From assembly GCA_018992685.1 (NCBI GenBank), contig JACVGT010000002.1:16294-80293 (forward strand): a DNA stretch of 64,000 bases, given 5' to 3'. How positions within the stretch are numbered: position 1 is the stretch's first letter; each line of letters begins with the position of its first letter. Positions 48,702-58,789 of the stretch are shown piece by piece. The DNA comes from Theionarchaea archaeon (GTDB taxonomy: Archaea > Methanobacteriota_B > Thermococci > Methanofastidiosales > SZ-28-30). The position numbers and the translations under genes are program-made. The notes beneath the pieces are model-generated. The model ran no database searches, was not told the origin of the DNA, and saw nothing but the letters and a program-made list of their open reading frames with translations.

Positions 48702-48887
48702 TGTCTGGTAGGACATGGGCCATCTTCGGGCACAGATCTGTGCATGCTTTGGTCAACAAGCATCCTTGAGGATAGACTGCGGACCTGGCGCTTGAGCTTC
48801 TTGGTGAGAAACTGATCTCAAGGAAGGAGGTGCTTTTTGCTGAAAACGGTAGCGTTTCAGTCGTTTAGGAGGAGTATAACCAGTAAT

Positions 48888-49565
48888 TCAGATATGCCAA
48901 TAAAGTGGATACTGCCCTAAAAGCACATTGTACTTTGGTCCCTTCTTATCCTCATTTTCAGAGGGATATTTTGTTATTGCTTCATAAAGAAGAGGTTCTA
49001 GCTTTGTTTCAACATATTCTGCTTGTTTTTCAGTCAAGTAACCTTTCCATACACGCGGGATGAACCCCTTCACATTATTCAGTTTGATGTTAATTCTTGA
49101 ATTTCTGGTAATTGACAGAATTTTCATATCTCCATCCTTAATTACCTCATGGCTGATCTCAGCAAGTGTTGCATAGAACTGATATTCAAGGAGAACCAGG
49201 TGTAAGTACTTTTTCAGCATTGTAACATCATTTGACTCAAAGATATCTTTGAAATCCACTCTTAACTGTAATCGGTCACATTCGGGCAGCGTATAGATCT
49301 TTCTAAAGCGTCCCGTTGCTGGTACTGATACTGATAGAATTTCAGTTTCAACCATTTTTGTCAGATGGTATGATAGAGTGCTTCTCTGTATGCGAGTGAG
49401 CTCCATGAGTTCTTCAGTAGTTGCCTGGTTTTCTCTCAGGATGAAAAAGTAGATTCTCGCTCTTTGAGGATCCTGAAGAACCTCCAACTGTTCTATTACT
49501 GTGTCTACATCAATTGTCGTGACTTTGAGTTCTTTCTCAATCCTATCGTGTGGTTCTCCAGTCAT
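48888..49565 (-). CDS. ArsR-like winged-helix transcriptional regulator
   Basis: LQDPQRARIY...ATTEELME...RSTLSYHLTKM; divergent from the serine hydrolase. Confidence 0.75.
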   Translation of the reverse strand: MTGEPHDRIEKELKVTTIDVDTVIEQLEVLQDPQRARIYFFILRENQATTEELMELTRIQRSTLSYHLTKMVETEILSVSVPATGRFRKIYTLPECDRLQLRVDFKDIFESNDVTMLKKYLHLVLLEYQFYATLAEISHEVIKDGDMKILSITRNSRINIKLNNVKGFIPRVWKGYLTEKQAEYVETKLEPLLYEAITKYPSENEDKKGPKYNVLLGQYPLYWHI

Positions 49566-49663
49566 ATTTGGTCATATGACCTTCATTGCGATAGTTATAA
49601 AGTTTTCGATTACCGTCGAAACATTTTTATACTCATCGAATTATAGAATCTCAGGTGATACGA

Positions 49664-51112
49664 ATGGACCTGGAAAGAGCCAAAGAGCAGCATGCCCTGA
49701 TAGCAAAAGCCCTGGAAGAACTGGATTTTGGAAAATTGTATTTACAATTCATGACCGAAATGCCAAAAAAAGGATGCACATGGTTACAGAAATTTATAAG
49801 AGAGCACAGGTACGAATTAGAAGACGAGGAAAAGAAGGAAACCCTTCTATTCATCTATATTTTTGGGAAATTACTCGCTGGAGAACAATTCTACTTTATC
49901 AATTCACGAAATATCTCAGAGAAACTAATAGAGGTGGATTTTTTTACCTCCAAGAGTAATGTAATCTTATTCTCAAAAATGAGCAGAAAATCAACAGAAA
50001 ATATGGATTTGGATCTACTGAAGATTACTTTTCCCGGGTTTGAAGACATGTATCAAGATAATACTCTCGTATCATTAGAAGAAGCAGTAACCAGACTGGA
50101 CAGAATCTTTGATGAGCTTGAGGAGAAGAACATCTTTTCGGGGAGTGTTGGCATCACCAAGAATGATGAATTCATTTTCAGACGATCGTTGGGAGAGGCA
50201 GACATGAGATATCATGTTCCCAATAACATAGACACCAAATTTAATCTGGGTTCAATGAACAAGATATTTACTGCTGTAGCGATTTTACAACTGTATGAAG
50301 AGAAGAAGCTCGATATCCTCGACACGGTTGCAACATTTTTGCCGGAATTTCCACATGGAGACGAAATATCTATTCATCACTTGCTATCACACACTTCAGG
50401 GCTGGGGTCTTTTTGGAATCAAAAGTTTGAACAGAGGTTCAAGAGCATTCGATCCATTGATGATTATATGGACTTATTTATTGAAGAAAGTCTTCTTTTT
50501 CAACCCGGAGAGCGCTTTGAATACAGCAACGCAGGATTTATTGTGTTAGGAAAAATAATTGAAGTAATCACAGGTAAATCATACGATGAATACGTTCAAC
50601 AGCATATCTATGATGTTGCAGGAATGCAGAATACCTGCTGCTACGAAATAGACCGAACCGTTCCAAATCTGGCAATGGGGTACACCCATGACCCCGATAT
50701 TGACAGGGGTTGCCAGGATCACTACATTAATAATTTCCTGATGATACCCGTGAAGGGCAGCTCTGCGGGGGGCGGTTATTCTACACTTGATGACCTCGTA
50801 TCATTTGCCAAAGCGCTGAAAAAAGGAGAATTAATCTCTGAGCATTCATTGAACATGATGCAAGAACCACGTATCACAAAGGGAATCGAATCCCGACCCT
50901 CAGAGGATTATGGTTATGGATGTCAAACGGGAAGTATAGGGAAAAATAAGTTTTACGGTCATGGTGGTGGTGCTCCCGGTGTAGCAACGATGCTAATGAT
51001 CTTCCCAGATATCGATGTAGTTGTAGCACTACTCAGTAATTGGGATCCCATGTATGAGATTTTTGCTGAACAACAGATTTTGAACATCGTCATGAGAGTG
51101 AGCTTTTCCTAA
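49664..51112 (+). CDS. Serine hydrolase, beta-lactamase class C / D-alanyl carboxypeptidase family, with N-terminal extension
   Basis: GSMNK (SxxK), LLSHTSG, YSN, GHGG motifs. Confidence 0.88.
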   Translation: MDLERAKEQHALIAKALEELDFGKLYLQFMTEMPKKGCTWLQKFIREHRYELEDEEKKETLLFIYIFGKLLAGEQFYFINSRNISEKLIEVDFFTSKSNVILFSKMSRKSTENMDLDLLKITFPGFEDMYQDNTLVSLEEAVTRLDRIFDELEEKNIFSGSVGITKNDEFIFRRSLGEADMRYHVPNNIDTKFNLGSMNKIFTAVAILQLYEEKKLDILDTVATFLPEFPHGDEISIHHLLSHTSGLGSFWNQKFEQRFKSIRSIDDYMDLFIEESLLFQPGERFEYSNAGFIVLGKIIEVITGKSYDEYVQQHIYDVAGMQNTCCYEIDRTVPNLAMGYTHDPDIDRGCQDHYINNFLMIPVKGSSAGGGYSTLDDLVSFAKALKKGELISEHSLNMMQEPRITKGIESRPSEDYGYGCQTGSIGKNKFYGHGGGAPGVATMLMIFPDIDVVVALLSNWDPMYEIFAEQQILNIVMRVSFS

Positions 51113-51233
51113 AATCCTGTAAAACCGGTTCTTGTCTAATTCATTTCTCCAGTAAGACTCTCGCCCACTGATGGTTAATCCGATCTTGAGGAAGGAGGAA
51201 GTATGTGGAAGAGACAAAATGTCTAAAGGTCTC

Positions 51234-52019
51234 CTACGATCTCATAAGTATCACAAGGGGGGAATTCTCCACTGGGTGACTCTGTACTATGGCTTCGACT
51301 CCAAAAATCTCTCTCATATTTTTCACAGTCAGCACTTTTTCAGGATTCCCAAAAGCAAGAACATTTCCTTCTTTTAAGACTATTAACCTATCAGAATACA
51401 AGGATGCAAGGTTTAGATCATGGATAGCACAGATCACAATCAGCCCCTCTTCTGTCAACCGTTTCACGAGATCGAATATCTCGATCTGATGGCGAATGTC
51501 AAGGTTGGCTGTGGGTTCATCAAGTAACAAAACCTTTGGAGATTGGGCGAGTGCCCTGGCAATAATAACCCTCTGTCTTTCTCCTCCTGAGAGATTCGTT
51601 ATCACCCTATCTCTCAAATGAAAGGTATCAGTAGCCTCCATCGCCTTTCGTGCAATCTCAATATCCTCCTTCCCCTCAAATTGGAACAGGGTTAAATGAG
51701 GATTCCTCCCCATTACTACAATATCAGATACAGTGAAGGAGAAGGTCATGGGAGAGTCCTGTGGTATCACTGCAAGAATTCGAGCCACCTCTTTCAACTT
51801 CATGGACTCAATCTCCACATCTCCCAGATAGACAGTACCACATGTTGGTTTCAATATCTTACTCATGACATGAAGCAGGGTTGATTTTCCGGAACCGTTA
51901 GGTCCAATGACTCCTATGAATTCCCCTTCTCTCGCAGTAAAATTGATATCCTGCAGCACATCGCCCAGGTTATACCCTGCATGGATGTGCTGTACTCTAA
52001 CCTTTTGCAAACATATCAC
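51234..52019 (-). CDS. btuD: Corrinoid ABC transporter ATP-binding protein
   Basis: GPNGSGKS, LSGGERQR, LLLDEPT, HDLN; context of cob genes. Confidence 0.85.
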   Translation of the reverse strand: MICLQKVRVQHIHAGYNLGDVLQDINFTAREGEFIGVIGPNGSGKSTLLHVMSKILKPTCGTVYLGDVEIESMKLKEVARILAVIPQDSPMTFSFTVSDIVVMGRNPHLTLFQFEGKEDIEIARKAMEATDTFHLRDRVITNLSGGERQRVIIARALAQSPKVLLLDEPTANLDIRHQIEIFDLVKRLTEEGLIVICAIHDLNLASLYSDRLIVLKEGNVLAFGNPEKVLTVKNMREIFGVEAIVQSHPVENSPLVILMRS

Positions 52020-52998
52020 CTCGCTTCTTTCTCAGTAAATAAATGAAGAATGGAGCCCCAAAAAATGCAGTCACCACCCCCACCGGCAATTCAGAAGGTG
52101 AAATTACCGTCCGTGCCACATTATCAGCCCATATCATGAAAATTCCCCCAAGGACAGCAGAGCTGGGTAGTAAAATCCTGTGGTCCGGACCCACAATGAT
52201 TCTCACCATGTGGGGGACAACGAGCCCGACAAACCCAATGATACCACTCACAGACACGGCTGCACCAGTCATCAGTGACGTCATCACCACCAGGACTCTC
52301 TTAACAGCATCCACCTCCACTCCCAGATGTTGCGCAGTTTCTTCTCCCAGGAGGATGGCATTCAAGTCCCGTGAAAAGAGAAGAGATACCATAATGCCAC
52401 CACCTGTAAAGGGGAGTAACAAGAAGACATATGTCCAGCTTGCAGTCCCGAACCCTCCCATTAGCCAAAAATACAGACTGTGAAGCCATTTTTCCGAGAC
52501 ATAAATCAGAAAAGAGAGAACTGCAGACAGAAACGTAGACATGGCAATTCCCGATAGCAGGAGGGTCTCAACCGACATGGTACCATTCGTCTGTGCAATA
52601 GTATACACAGCACAAATAGTGATTGTTGAAAAGAAAAAAGCAAGAAGAGGAACAAAATATATGGATGTGAGGGCAAGGCCAGACACGATGGCAACTGCTG
52701 CTCCCACTCCTGCTCCCGAAGACACTCCTAAAATGAAGGGATCTGCCATGGGATTTCTGAAAAGCCCCTGCATGATGCAGCCAGAAGTGCCAAGACATCC
52801 CCCCACCATCATGGCCAATAAGACTCTGGGGAGCCGTATCTTAAGAATGATGGCTTCCTGAGCCGCATTATAGTAGTGGGTATCGAAGAATATTCTCATA
52901 ATCGTTATGACATTGATCCGTATTGATCCAAGAGCAATAGACACAAGTACAGTTATGAGAAGAATTAGAAGGAGAGAAGAAAGTTTGAATCCCTTCAT
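51997..52998 (-). CDS. btuC: Corrinoid ABC transporter permease (FecCD family)
   Basis: IRLPR, FRNPMADP, GIIGFVGLVVPH, ELPVG...GAPFF. Confidence 0.87.
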   Translation of the reverse strand: MKGFKLSSLLLILLITVLVSIALGSIRINVITIMRIFFDTHYYNAAQEAIILKIRLPRVLLAMMVGGCLGTSGCIMQGLFRNPMADPFILGVSSGAGVGAAVAIVSGLALTSIYFVPLLAFFFSTITICAVYTIAQTNGTMSVETLLLSGIAMSTFLSAVLSFLIYVSEKWLHSLYFWLMGGFGTASWTYVFLLLPFTGGGIMVSLLFSRDLNAILLGEETAQHLGVEVDAVKRVLVVMTSLMTGAAVSVSGIIGFVGLVVPHMVRIIVGPDHRILLPSSAVLGGIFMIWADNVARTVISPSELPVGVVTAFFGAPFFIYLLRKKRGDMFAKG

Positions 52999-53026
52999 TC
53001 AGAACACCTTCTTCTGAGAAAGCCAT

Positions 53027-53962
53027 TCATGCACATTCCCACATGGGAAGGAACACCTCACTGGACTCATAGACTGCATTGCTAATGAAGCCTGCGAGAA
53101 TCTCTAACCCTTCAACGATTCGCGGACCTGGTCTCAGCACCAAATCACCGTCAATGACATAGATCGCATTGTTCTTCACTGCAGCAATTGTGTCCCATCC
53201 GGGTCTGCTCACCAACTCTTCAATACCAACTCCTCCCATCCCCGATACAAGGATGATGAGAACAGGATTCTCAGCGATAATTGTCTCACTGGATATATTT
53301 GGATATGATGTATCAGCATCTGCTGCAATATTGCGACCACCTGCCAGGAAAATCAGGTCGTCAACAAAACTGCCAGGCCCGAAAGAACCATACCCACTGG
53401 TGGATACCCATCCTTCAACATATAGTGTCAGGGGTTCAGAGGGTGCATTCGTCTTCACAGCTTCTATCCGTGCTTCAAGATCAGCTCTCAGGTCCTGTGC
53501 AGCCTCTTCTTCACCCACTGCCACCCCAATCAATGTAATACTATTGAGGATATCAACCAGTGTTAAAGGATTGAGGATGATGACAGGAATTCCCAGTTCC
53601 TCGAGTCTCTCCGCGATCTCCTGGTGGTTACTGGTGGCAACCACAATATCGGGGTTCAACGAGATGATCTTTTCAATATTAACATCGCTGAATCCACCCA
53701 CTTTTTCTGTATGTAATGCATCCTGGGGATAGGTGCAGTATGATGTGGTTCCTACAATTTTCTCACCCGCACCAATCGCATACAAAATCTCGGTATTGGA
53801 GGGTGCAAGGGAGATAATTCTTTCAGGATGTTCTTCAATGAATACCTCTTTTCCCGTGTCATCCACAATGGTTTTGGGGAATTCACCTTCAGGTTGAGGG
53901 CTTTCCTGACCCAGACAACCCAGGAGTATGAGGACTATGAAAATTGCTACACCTTTTTTCAT
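53027..53962 (-). CDS. btuF: Corrinoid ABC transporter substrate-binding lipoprotein
   Basis: Lipobox LLGC; RIISLAPSNTEIL, NIEKIISLNPD, RPGPR. Confidence 0.87.
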   Translation of the reverse strand: MKKGVAIFIVLILLGCLGQESPQPEGEFPKTIVDDTGKEVFIEEHPERIISLAPSNTEILYAIGAGEKIVGTTSYCTYPQDALHTEKVGGFSDVNIEKIISLNPDIVVATSNHQEIAERLEELGIPVIILNPLTLVDILNSITLIGVAVGEEEAAQDLRADLEARIEAVKTNAPSEPLTLYVEGWVSTSGYGSFGPGSFVDDLIFLAGGRNIAADADTSYPNISSETIIAENPVLIILVSGMGGVGIEELVSRPGWDTIAAVKNNAIYVIDGDLVLRPGPRIVEGLEILAGFISNAVYESSEVFLPMWECA

Positions 53963-53970
53963 TATATCAC

Positions 53971-53991
53971 TTGGATGGTCTATCCATCCAA
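53971..53991. promoter_or_regulatory. Operator palindrome TTGGATGG-N5-CCATCCAA upstream of btuF
   Basis: Perfect 8-bp arms between the minus-strand TTTATATG TATA (~53995..54002) and ATG 53962. Confidence 0.85.
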
Positions 53992-54072
53992 CCGCATATA
54001 AACCTTTCCATTGATCAAAATTCGGGTAGTGGTTCTCTCATTCTTAAAAGAAAATGGTTGTTGCCATGCTCT

Positions 54073-54663
54073 TTAGACAGGTTCTGTGAGATATTTTTGA
54101 AGAGTATCGATGTCGTCTATAGTATTGACATTGAGAGCGACTTCAATTCTATTGAGGATCATCACCTCTTCCTCCTGTGCATCGTCAGGGTTTTCCATGA
54201 TCATTGCACCCGAGACTACATTGATCCCTGAAGGGGATAACAGCTCTTTTTTGACAATTCCATGCTTTTCACAAAAATCTTTTGTTATATACACAGCGAG
54301 AGCAGGGGTTTCTGATTTTTCATTTATAGTAACGACGTCATTCAAAATTCCTGGTGTGATCAGGGGCACATCGGAGGACAGAACAAGAACGGGTTCAGAA
54401 ATGTTCTTCTCACGAATGACTTCTCTCATGTCTTCAATGTATCCTCTCCCAGCTGTAACTATCTTTTGAACAGCTTCTGATTCTATAAATTTTCCTGTTT
54501 CTGGTGTATTTTCTGAGACTGCAACAATAATCTCTCCTATGTTGGCCTTTTTTACAGAATCAATGACTTTCTTTATCATTGGAGTTCCCCCTATGGAAAG
54601 GAGAGGTTTTTCTCCCATGTGCAGTCTCTCTCCTTTTCCACCAGCCATTATGAGCACCTTCAT
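54073..54663 (-). CDS. cobY: Adenosylcobinamide-phosphate guanylyltransferase
   Basis: MAGGKGERL...EKPL, GYIEDM, SSDVP, NVNT; follows cobS. Confidence 0.85.
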   Translation of the reverse strand: MKVLIMAGGKGERLHMGEKPLLSIGGTPMIKKVIDSVKKANIGEIIVAVSENTPETGKFIESEAVQKIVTAGRGYIEDMREVIREKNISEPVLVLSSDVPLITPGILNDVVTINEKSETPALAVYITKDFCEKHGIVKKELLSPSGINVVSGAMIMENPDDAQEEEVMILNRIEVALNVNTIDDIDTLQKYLTEPV

Positions 54664-55385
54664 CTCATCACCACAATAAGAAGTATCATGGACATCATTC
54701 GCGTCGTATCGTGGGTTACTCCTATGAAATCTCCACCGATTCCACCGAGATTCCTTTCTGCACCTATTGTGAGGAGATACGCAAAGACTAATGTTGATGC
54801 GAATAATAATGCCCCAACTTCCAGGAAAACGGACAATAATATCCCGGAAATCAGGCAGCTTTTCAAAAATAATTTCCTGTCAGTAGCCTGGATAAACCAG
54901 CTTCCCATTCCCTTATGACTTGAGGTCCCGAAAAATGCTATACAGTTCATGGAGAATTTCGCAGACACTTCAGACCCTATCAACCCAACGAATAGTGAAT
55001 CTAGGGCCATAAGTTCCACAATACAATATACAGTCGTCAACAAGACAAAAAACGCCATAAAAAATCCTCCAATTCCTATAAAGTGGTCGTGCATTACGTC
55101 AATCTTCTTTTCTCTTGTCCCGGTGACCAGGAGTGCATCTCCCACATCCAGCAGCCCATCAGTATGGTGTAACCCTGTGAGAACCATCAAAAATCCCAGG
55201 GTGAATACCCCTGCCAGTGTATGTGGACATACCCTGAGAGCACACCATGAAAAGGCAAAACTCGCACATCCGACACATAACCCTATCAAAGGGAATATGT
55301 AGGATGCCTCTGCAGTTTCTTCTAGAGTTCCTCCTTTCACAGGAATCCGGGTGAGAAATGCCAGTGCGTATGTCACTCTTTTCAT
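54660..55385 (-). CDS. cobS: Cobalamin (5'-phosphate) synthase
   Basis: FLTRIP, FPLIG, TGLHHTDGLLDVGD, MHD, GGIGGD. Confidence 0.92.
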   Translation of the reverse strand: MKRVTYALAFLTRIPVKGGTLEETAEASYIFPLIGLCVGCASFAFSWCALRVCPHTLAGVFTLGFLMVLTGLHHTDGLLDVGDALLVTGTREKKIDVMHDHFIGIGGFFMAFFVLLTTVYCIVELMALDSLFVGLIGSEVSAKFSMNCIAFFGTSSHKGMGSWFIQATDRKLFLKSCLISGILLSVFLEVGALLFASTLVFAYLLTIGAERNLGGIGGDFIGVTHDTTRMMSMILLIVVMR

Positions 55386-56416
55386 GTTCTGACCTCATGA
55401 AAAATCTTCGAAGAAATCCCAGCAAGTAACCCCCCCAGGATGTCATCAAGAAAAGGACCAGCCCTCCCAATGATGCCTGGTTTAACCCGTTCAACTCTTG
55501 AAAATTCATACACTGCCAGGGTCCCTCCAATGTAATTTGCTATTGCATTTCCCAGGATTTCATCGGCCACTAAATGTATGGGATCTTTTTCAAACTCTTC
55601 TCCAGAAAGTGAAGGAATGAGACCTTTTCTGCCATCTTCTTCTAATCTCAGTGCTCCAAGAATGAGAGAGGACACATTTATATCCTTTAATATAGAAATG
55701 AGTTCATCTCCAAATAATCTTCTGAAATCCTCTCTGGAGAGAGTGTCATTTTCAAGGAACATTTCCATCTCAGCATCCACTAGATCTTCAACAGAAATAG
55801 ATCTCTCAGCAAGTCTTTTCATGATTTCTCTTCCCGGTTGAATTTTCTCGAATGACATCAATGCTTCGAGAACACAGGTTTTCACAGAATCGAAGATGGT
55901 CCTCCCTAGATCTGTAGCTCTCCCGCAATATTTCACTTCTTTTCCTTTTCCAGTGCACGCAACAACTACTGAATCTGTTACTGTTCCCCACAGGCCTTCA
56001 TAGATACTTTCTCTTATATCCAGATCATGGAATGCTGCAGCTTTGGCTTCACATGCAACGAGGACAGCATTCACCATTCCCTGCAGGGTGATATCCCCAT
56101 CTATGATGAGGATTGTGTTCACCGTGTTAGCATATCCTGCAGTGACAATGCATAAGACTTCACCCTCCTCACGTGTGCGGTAGCTGTTCACATCCACTGC
56201 AGTCATCATACCAATAAAATGGGATATTCCATACAGCTGTGCAAAGGCTTTCAGGTCTGATTCAGGATTTCCATCGTATTCTTTGGGTACCTGGAGATTC
56301 AGGATGGTAGTGGTTGTAGCATACCCCCCGAAAGTGGCAGAACTCAATGAGGTAAGATCTCTCTCAGACTTCACAAAAATACAGTTATCTTTCACATATA
56401 CATCTACACCTTCCAT
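55382..56416 (-). CDS. cbiS: Fused adenosylcobinamide amidohydrolase (CbiZ) / alpha-ribazole phosphatase (CobZ)
   Basis: N-half GMMTAV, TVNTI, EAKA, GTVTD (CbiZ); C-half DPIHLVADE...YIGG...KPGII...PFLDD (CobZ). Confidence 0.8.
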   Translation of the reverse strand: MEGVDVYVKDNCIFVKSERDLTSLSSATFGGYATTTTILNLQVPKEYDGNPESDLKAFAQLYGISHFIGMMTAVDVNSYRTREEGEVLCIVTAGYANTVNTILIIDGDITLQGMVNAVLVACEAKAAAFHDLDIRESIYEGLWGTVTDSVVVACTGKGKEVKYCGRATDLGRTIFDSVKTCVLEALMSFEKIQPGREIMKRLAERSISVEDLVDAEMEMFLENDTLSREDFRRLFGDELISILKDINVSSLILGALRLEEDGRKGLIPSLSGEEFEKDPIHLVADEILGNAIANYIGGTLAVYEFSRVERVKPGIIGRAGPFLDDILGGLLAGISSKIFHEVRT

Positions 56417-57312
56417 ATTGCCACCTCCACCAGGAGAAGGATAACCACAAAAATCAGTGTCGATCCCTTCATGACAGTCAATGTATCTGCAATGTGATGC
56501 GGGGCAAGGGCCTGACTATCATGCCCCAGGGTGTAACGCCCTCTCTTCTCAAACGTAACATGTAATACTCCTGCCATCATTGCCATGGTATTTCCTGCAT
56601 TTGGACTTTCTGTCTTATTCCTGTCCCGTAAGAAGATCTTGAGACCATTTCTCCAATCACATCCATGCACTACCCCGGAAAGCAAAACAAGAGCTGCAGC
56701 TAACCGTGAAGGAATGAAATTGAGGACATCATCAAGTCTGGCAGAGAGAGTTCCTATCCTCATGGATTTGTAGCCTACCATTGAGTCCAGTGTGTTCATA
56801 CCCCTGTACACGGCTGCACCATACAATCCCAGGACAGAATAGTAGAACAAGGGCGAGATAATAGAATCAGTGATGGACTCTGCAACTGATTCACACGCTG
56901 CAGAGATGACTTCTTTTTCAGAAAGGTCACTGGTATCCCTCGATACAATTTCTGACACTTTCTCTCTCCCCTTTTGAAGATCTCCCGCTTCTAACGCTAT
57001 TTTTACCTCAGAAGCAGCCTGATGTAAGAATCGTACAGAGAATGTGGTCTTCAATAGTAATGAGAGTGCAAGAATTCTCAAAATGAAAGGTACTGCTGAT
57101 GCGAGGTGAAGATAACAATAGACGAACATCACAGTCACAGACACTATCGAGAACACTATAAAGCATCCCCAGAGCATTTCATGATCTCTCGAATCAAAAA
57201 AAGATTTCTGGATGGAAACGAGGGTTCCAATATACCTGACAGGGTGGATGAACCCCGGTGGTTCCCCAAAAAGCACATCCACTGCCAGGGCAGTGAGAAT
57301 GATCTCAATCAC
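56404..57312 (-). CDS. cbiB: Adenosylcobinamide-phosphate synthase
   Basis: GEPP...HPV, VSRDT, ESVAES..D, YRGMNTLDSMVGY, ARLDDVLNFIPSR, SPNAG. Start moved to GTG 57312 to avoid a long overlap with cbiP. Confidence 0.9.
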   Translation of the reverse strand: MIEIILTALAVDVLFGEPPGFIHPVRYIGTLVSIQKSFFDSRDHEMLWGCFIVFSIVSVTVMFVYCYLHLASAVPFILRILALSLLLKTTFSVRFLHQAASEVKIALEAGDLQKGREKVSEIVSRDTSDLSEKEVISAACESVAESITDSIISPLFYYSVLGLYGAAVYRGMNTLDSMVGYKSMRIGTLSARLDDVLNFIPSRLAAALVLLSGVVHGCDWRNGLKIFLRDRNKTESPNAGNTMAMMAGVLHVTFEKRGRYTLGHDSQALAPHHIADTLTVMKGSTLIFVVILLLVEVAIWKV

Positions 57313-58789
57313 GTGTACCACCAAAAATAATCTGTTGAAGGGTGTCAAAATCCACGTGGTCCAAAAACACTGCTGCCAGTCTTTCAATGCTCTCATCCCA
57401 TGCATCTTTTGCAGATTTTGTGCTTTTCACCTTCTTTATCCCCTTTTTCATCCTCAAATAGGTTAGAAATGCATTTTTTATGTTGAGGTTGTCAAAAATC
57501 CCGTGAAGATAGGTTCCATATGTATTATTGTGGGCTGATCCTTCTCCTCTGCCACCAATCATGAAAAGGGGGCTGCACTTTGTGACAGTTGTGCCCATGT
57601 GTATCTCATACCCTTTGAGTGACTCCCCACAAATCTCAGAGAATACTGGTGTATCTAAAATGGTTGCTTCGACTCTCTTTACAGATTTTTCATATGATGC
57701 AAAAGAGGTTTCTGCATCGAGAAGGGAGAGTCCTTTAACGCTCCCATATCCACTTTCCAGGTGAGGTTCGTCATTGATTCTGGTCCCCAGCATTTGATAT
57801 CCTCCACAAATCCCGAAAATGACAGCAGTGCTGGATAACTCCTTTATTCTATCCTCGAATCCTCTTTCCCTCAGCCACTGCAAGTCTTCAACAGTGTTCT
57901 TGGTCCCAGGGAGGATGACTGCATCAGGATCTCTCATCTCCTGAACAGTTTCCACAAATCTCACACCTTCCTCCTTCAGTGGTTCGAAATCAGTAAAATT
58001 AGAGATCCTGGGAAGTCGTATTACTGCAATATCTACTGTTTTTGGCTGGGAATCTTTAATTCCCAGTGAATCTTCCTCCGGGAGTGAATGATTCATGTAC
58101 GGGAGAATTCCCAAGACGGGTACCCCGGTTAGTTCTTCAATTTTTGTGATGCCACTTTCCAGAATTGATTCTTCCCCTCTGAATTTATTGATGATGAACC
58201 CCTTCACCCTTTTCTTATGGTGTTCTTTCAAGAGCTGGTATGTTCCATACATGGAAGCAAAAACTCCTCCCCTCTCTATGTCTGCAACGATGATGACAGG
58301 TGCATCTGCCATATCTGCTGTTATCATATTGGCAATTTCGAGTTCATGCAGGTTTACTTCTGCAGGAGACCCTGCACCCTCAATGACAACTACATCAAAG
58401 TCACTGAGTAATACGTCGAGAGAATCTTGAACAGAAGCCACGCCATACGTCTTCAAAAAAGATGAATAGTACTCATTCACATCCATATCCCTGAAAGGAG
58501 CCCCCAGGAGAACAATCTGAGATGTTTTTTCTCCTTTGGGTTTTAAGAGTATGGGATTCATCTCCTTTCTTAATTCGCAACGGGCAGCAAATGCCTGTAC
58601 AGCCTGTGACCGTGCCACTTCATGGCCTCCTTGAGTGACGTACGAGTTCAATGACATGTTTTGAGCTTTGAAAGGAGCAACAGTGAACCCTTTATTGGAG
58701 AGAATTCTCAGAATAACTGCAGTTACTAGTGATTTTCCCGCGTGAGATGCTGTCCCCTGGACCATGAGTACGTTATTCCGGTTCTTCAT
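57305..58789 (-). CDS. cbiP: Cobyric acid synthase
   Basis: QGTASHAGKS, PFKAQNMS, EGAGSPAE, DIERGG, ISNFTD, GICGGYQMLG, GYEIH, GTYLHG. Confidence 0.95.
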   Translation of the reverse strand: MKNRNNVLMVQGTASHAGKSLVTAVILRILSNKGFTVAPFKAQNMSLNSYVTQGGHEVARSQAVQAFAARCELRKEMNPILLKPKGEKTSQIVLLGAPFRDMDVNEYYSSFLKTYGVASVQDSLDVLLSDFDVVVIEGAGSPAEVNLHELEIANMITADMADAPVIIVADIERGGVFASMYGTYQLLKEHHKKRVKGFIINKFRGEESILESGITKIEELTGVPVLGILPYMNHSLPEEDSLGIKDSQPKTVDIAVIRLPRISNFTDFEPLKEEGVRFVETVQEMRDPDAVILPGTKNTVEDLQWLRERGFEDRIKELSSTAVIFGICGGYQMLGTRINDEPHLESGYGSVKGLSLLDAETSFASYEKSVKRVEATILDTPVFSEICGESLKGYEIHMGTTVTKCSPLFMIGGRGEGSAHNNTYGTYLHGIFDNLNIKNAFLTYLRMKKGIKKVKSTKSAKDAWDESIERLAAVFLDHVDFDTLQQIIFGGTRD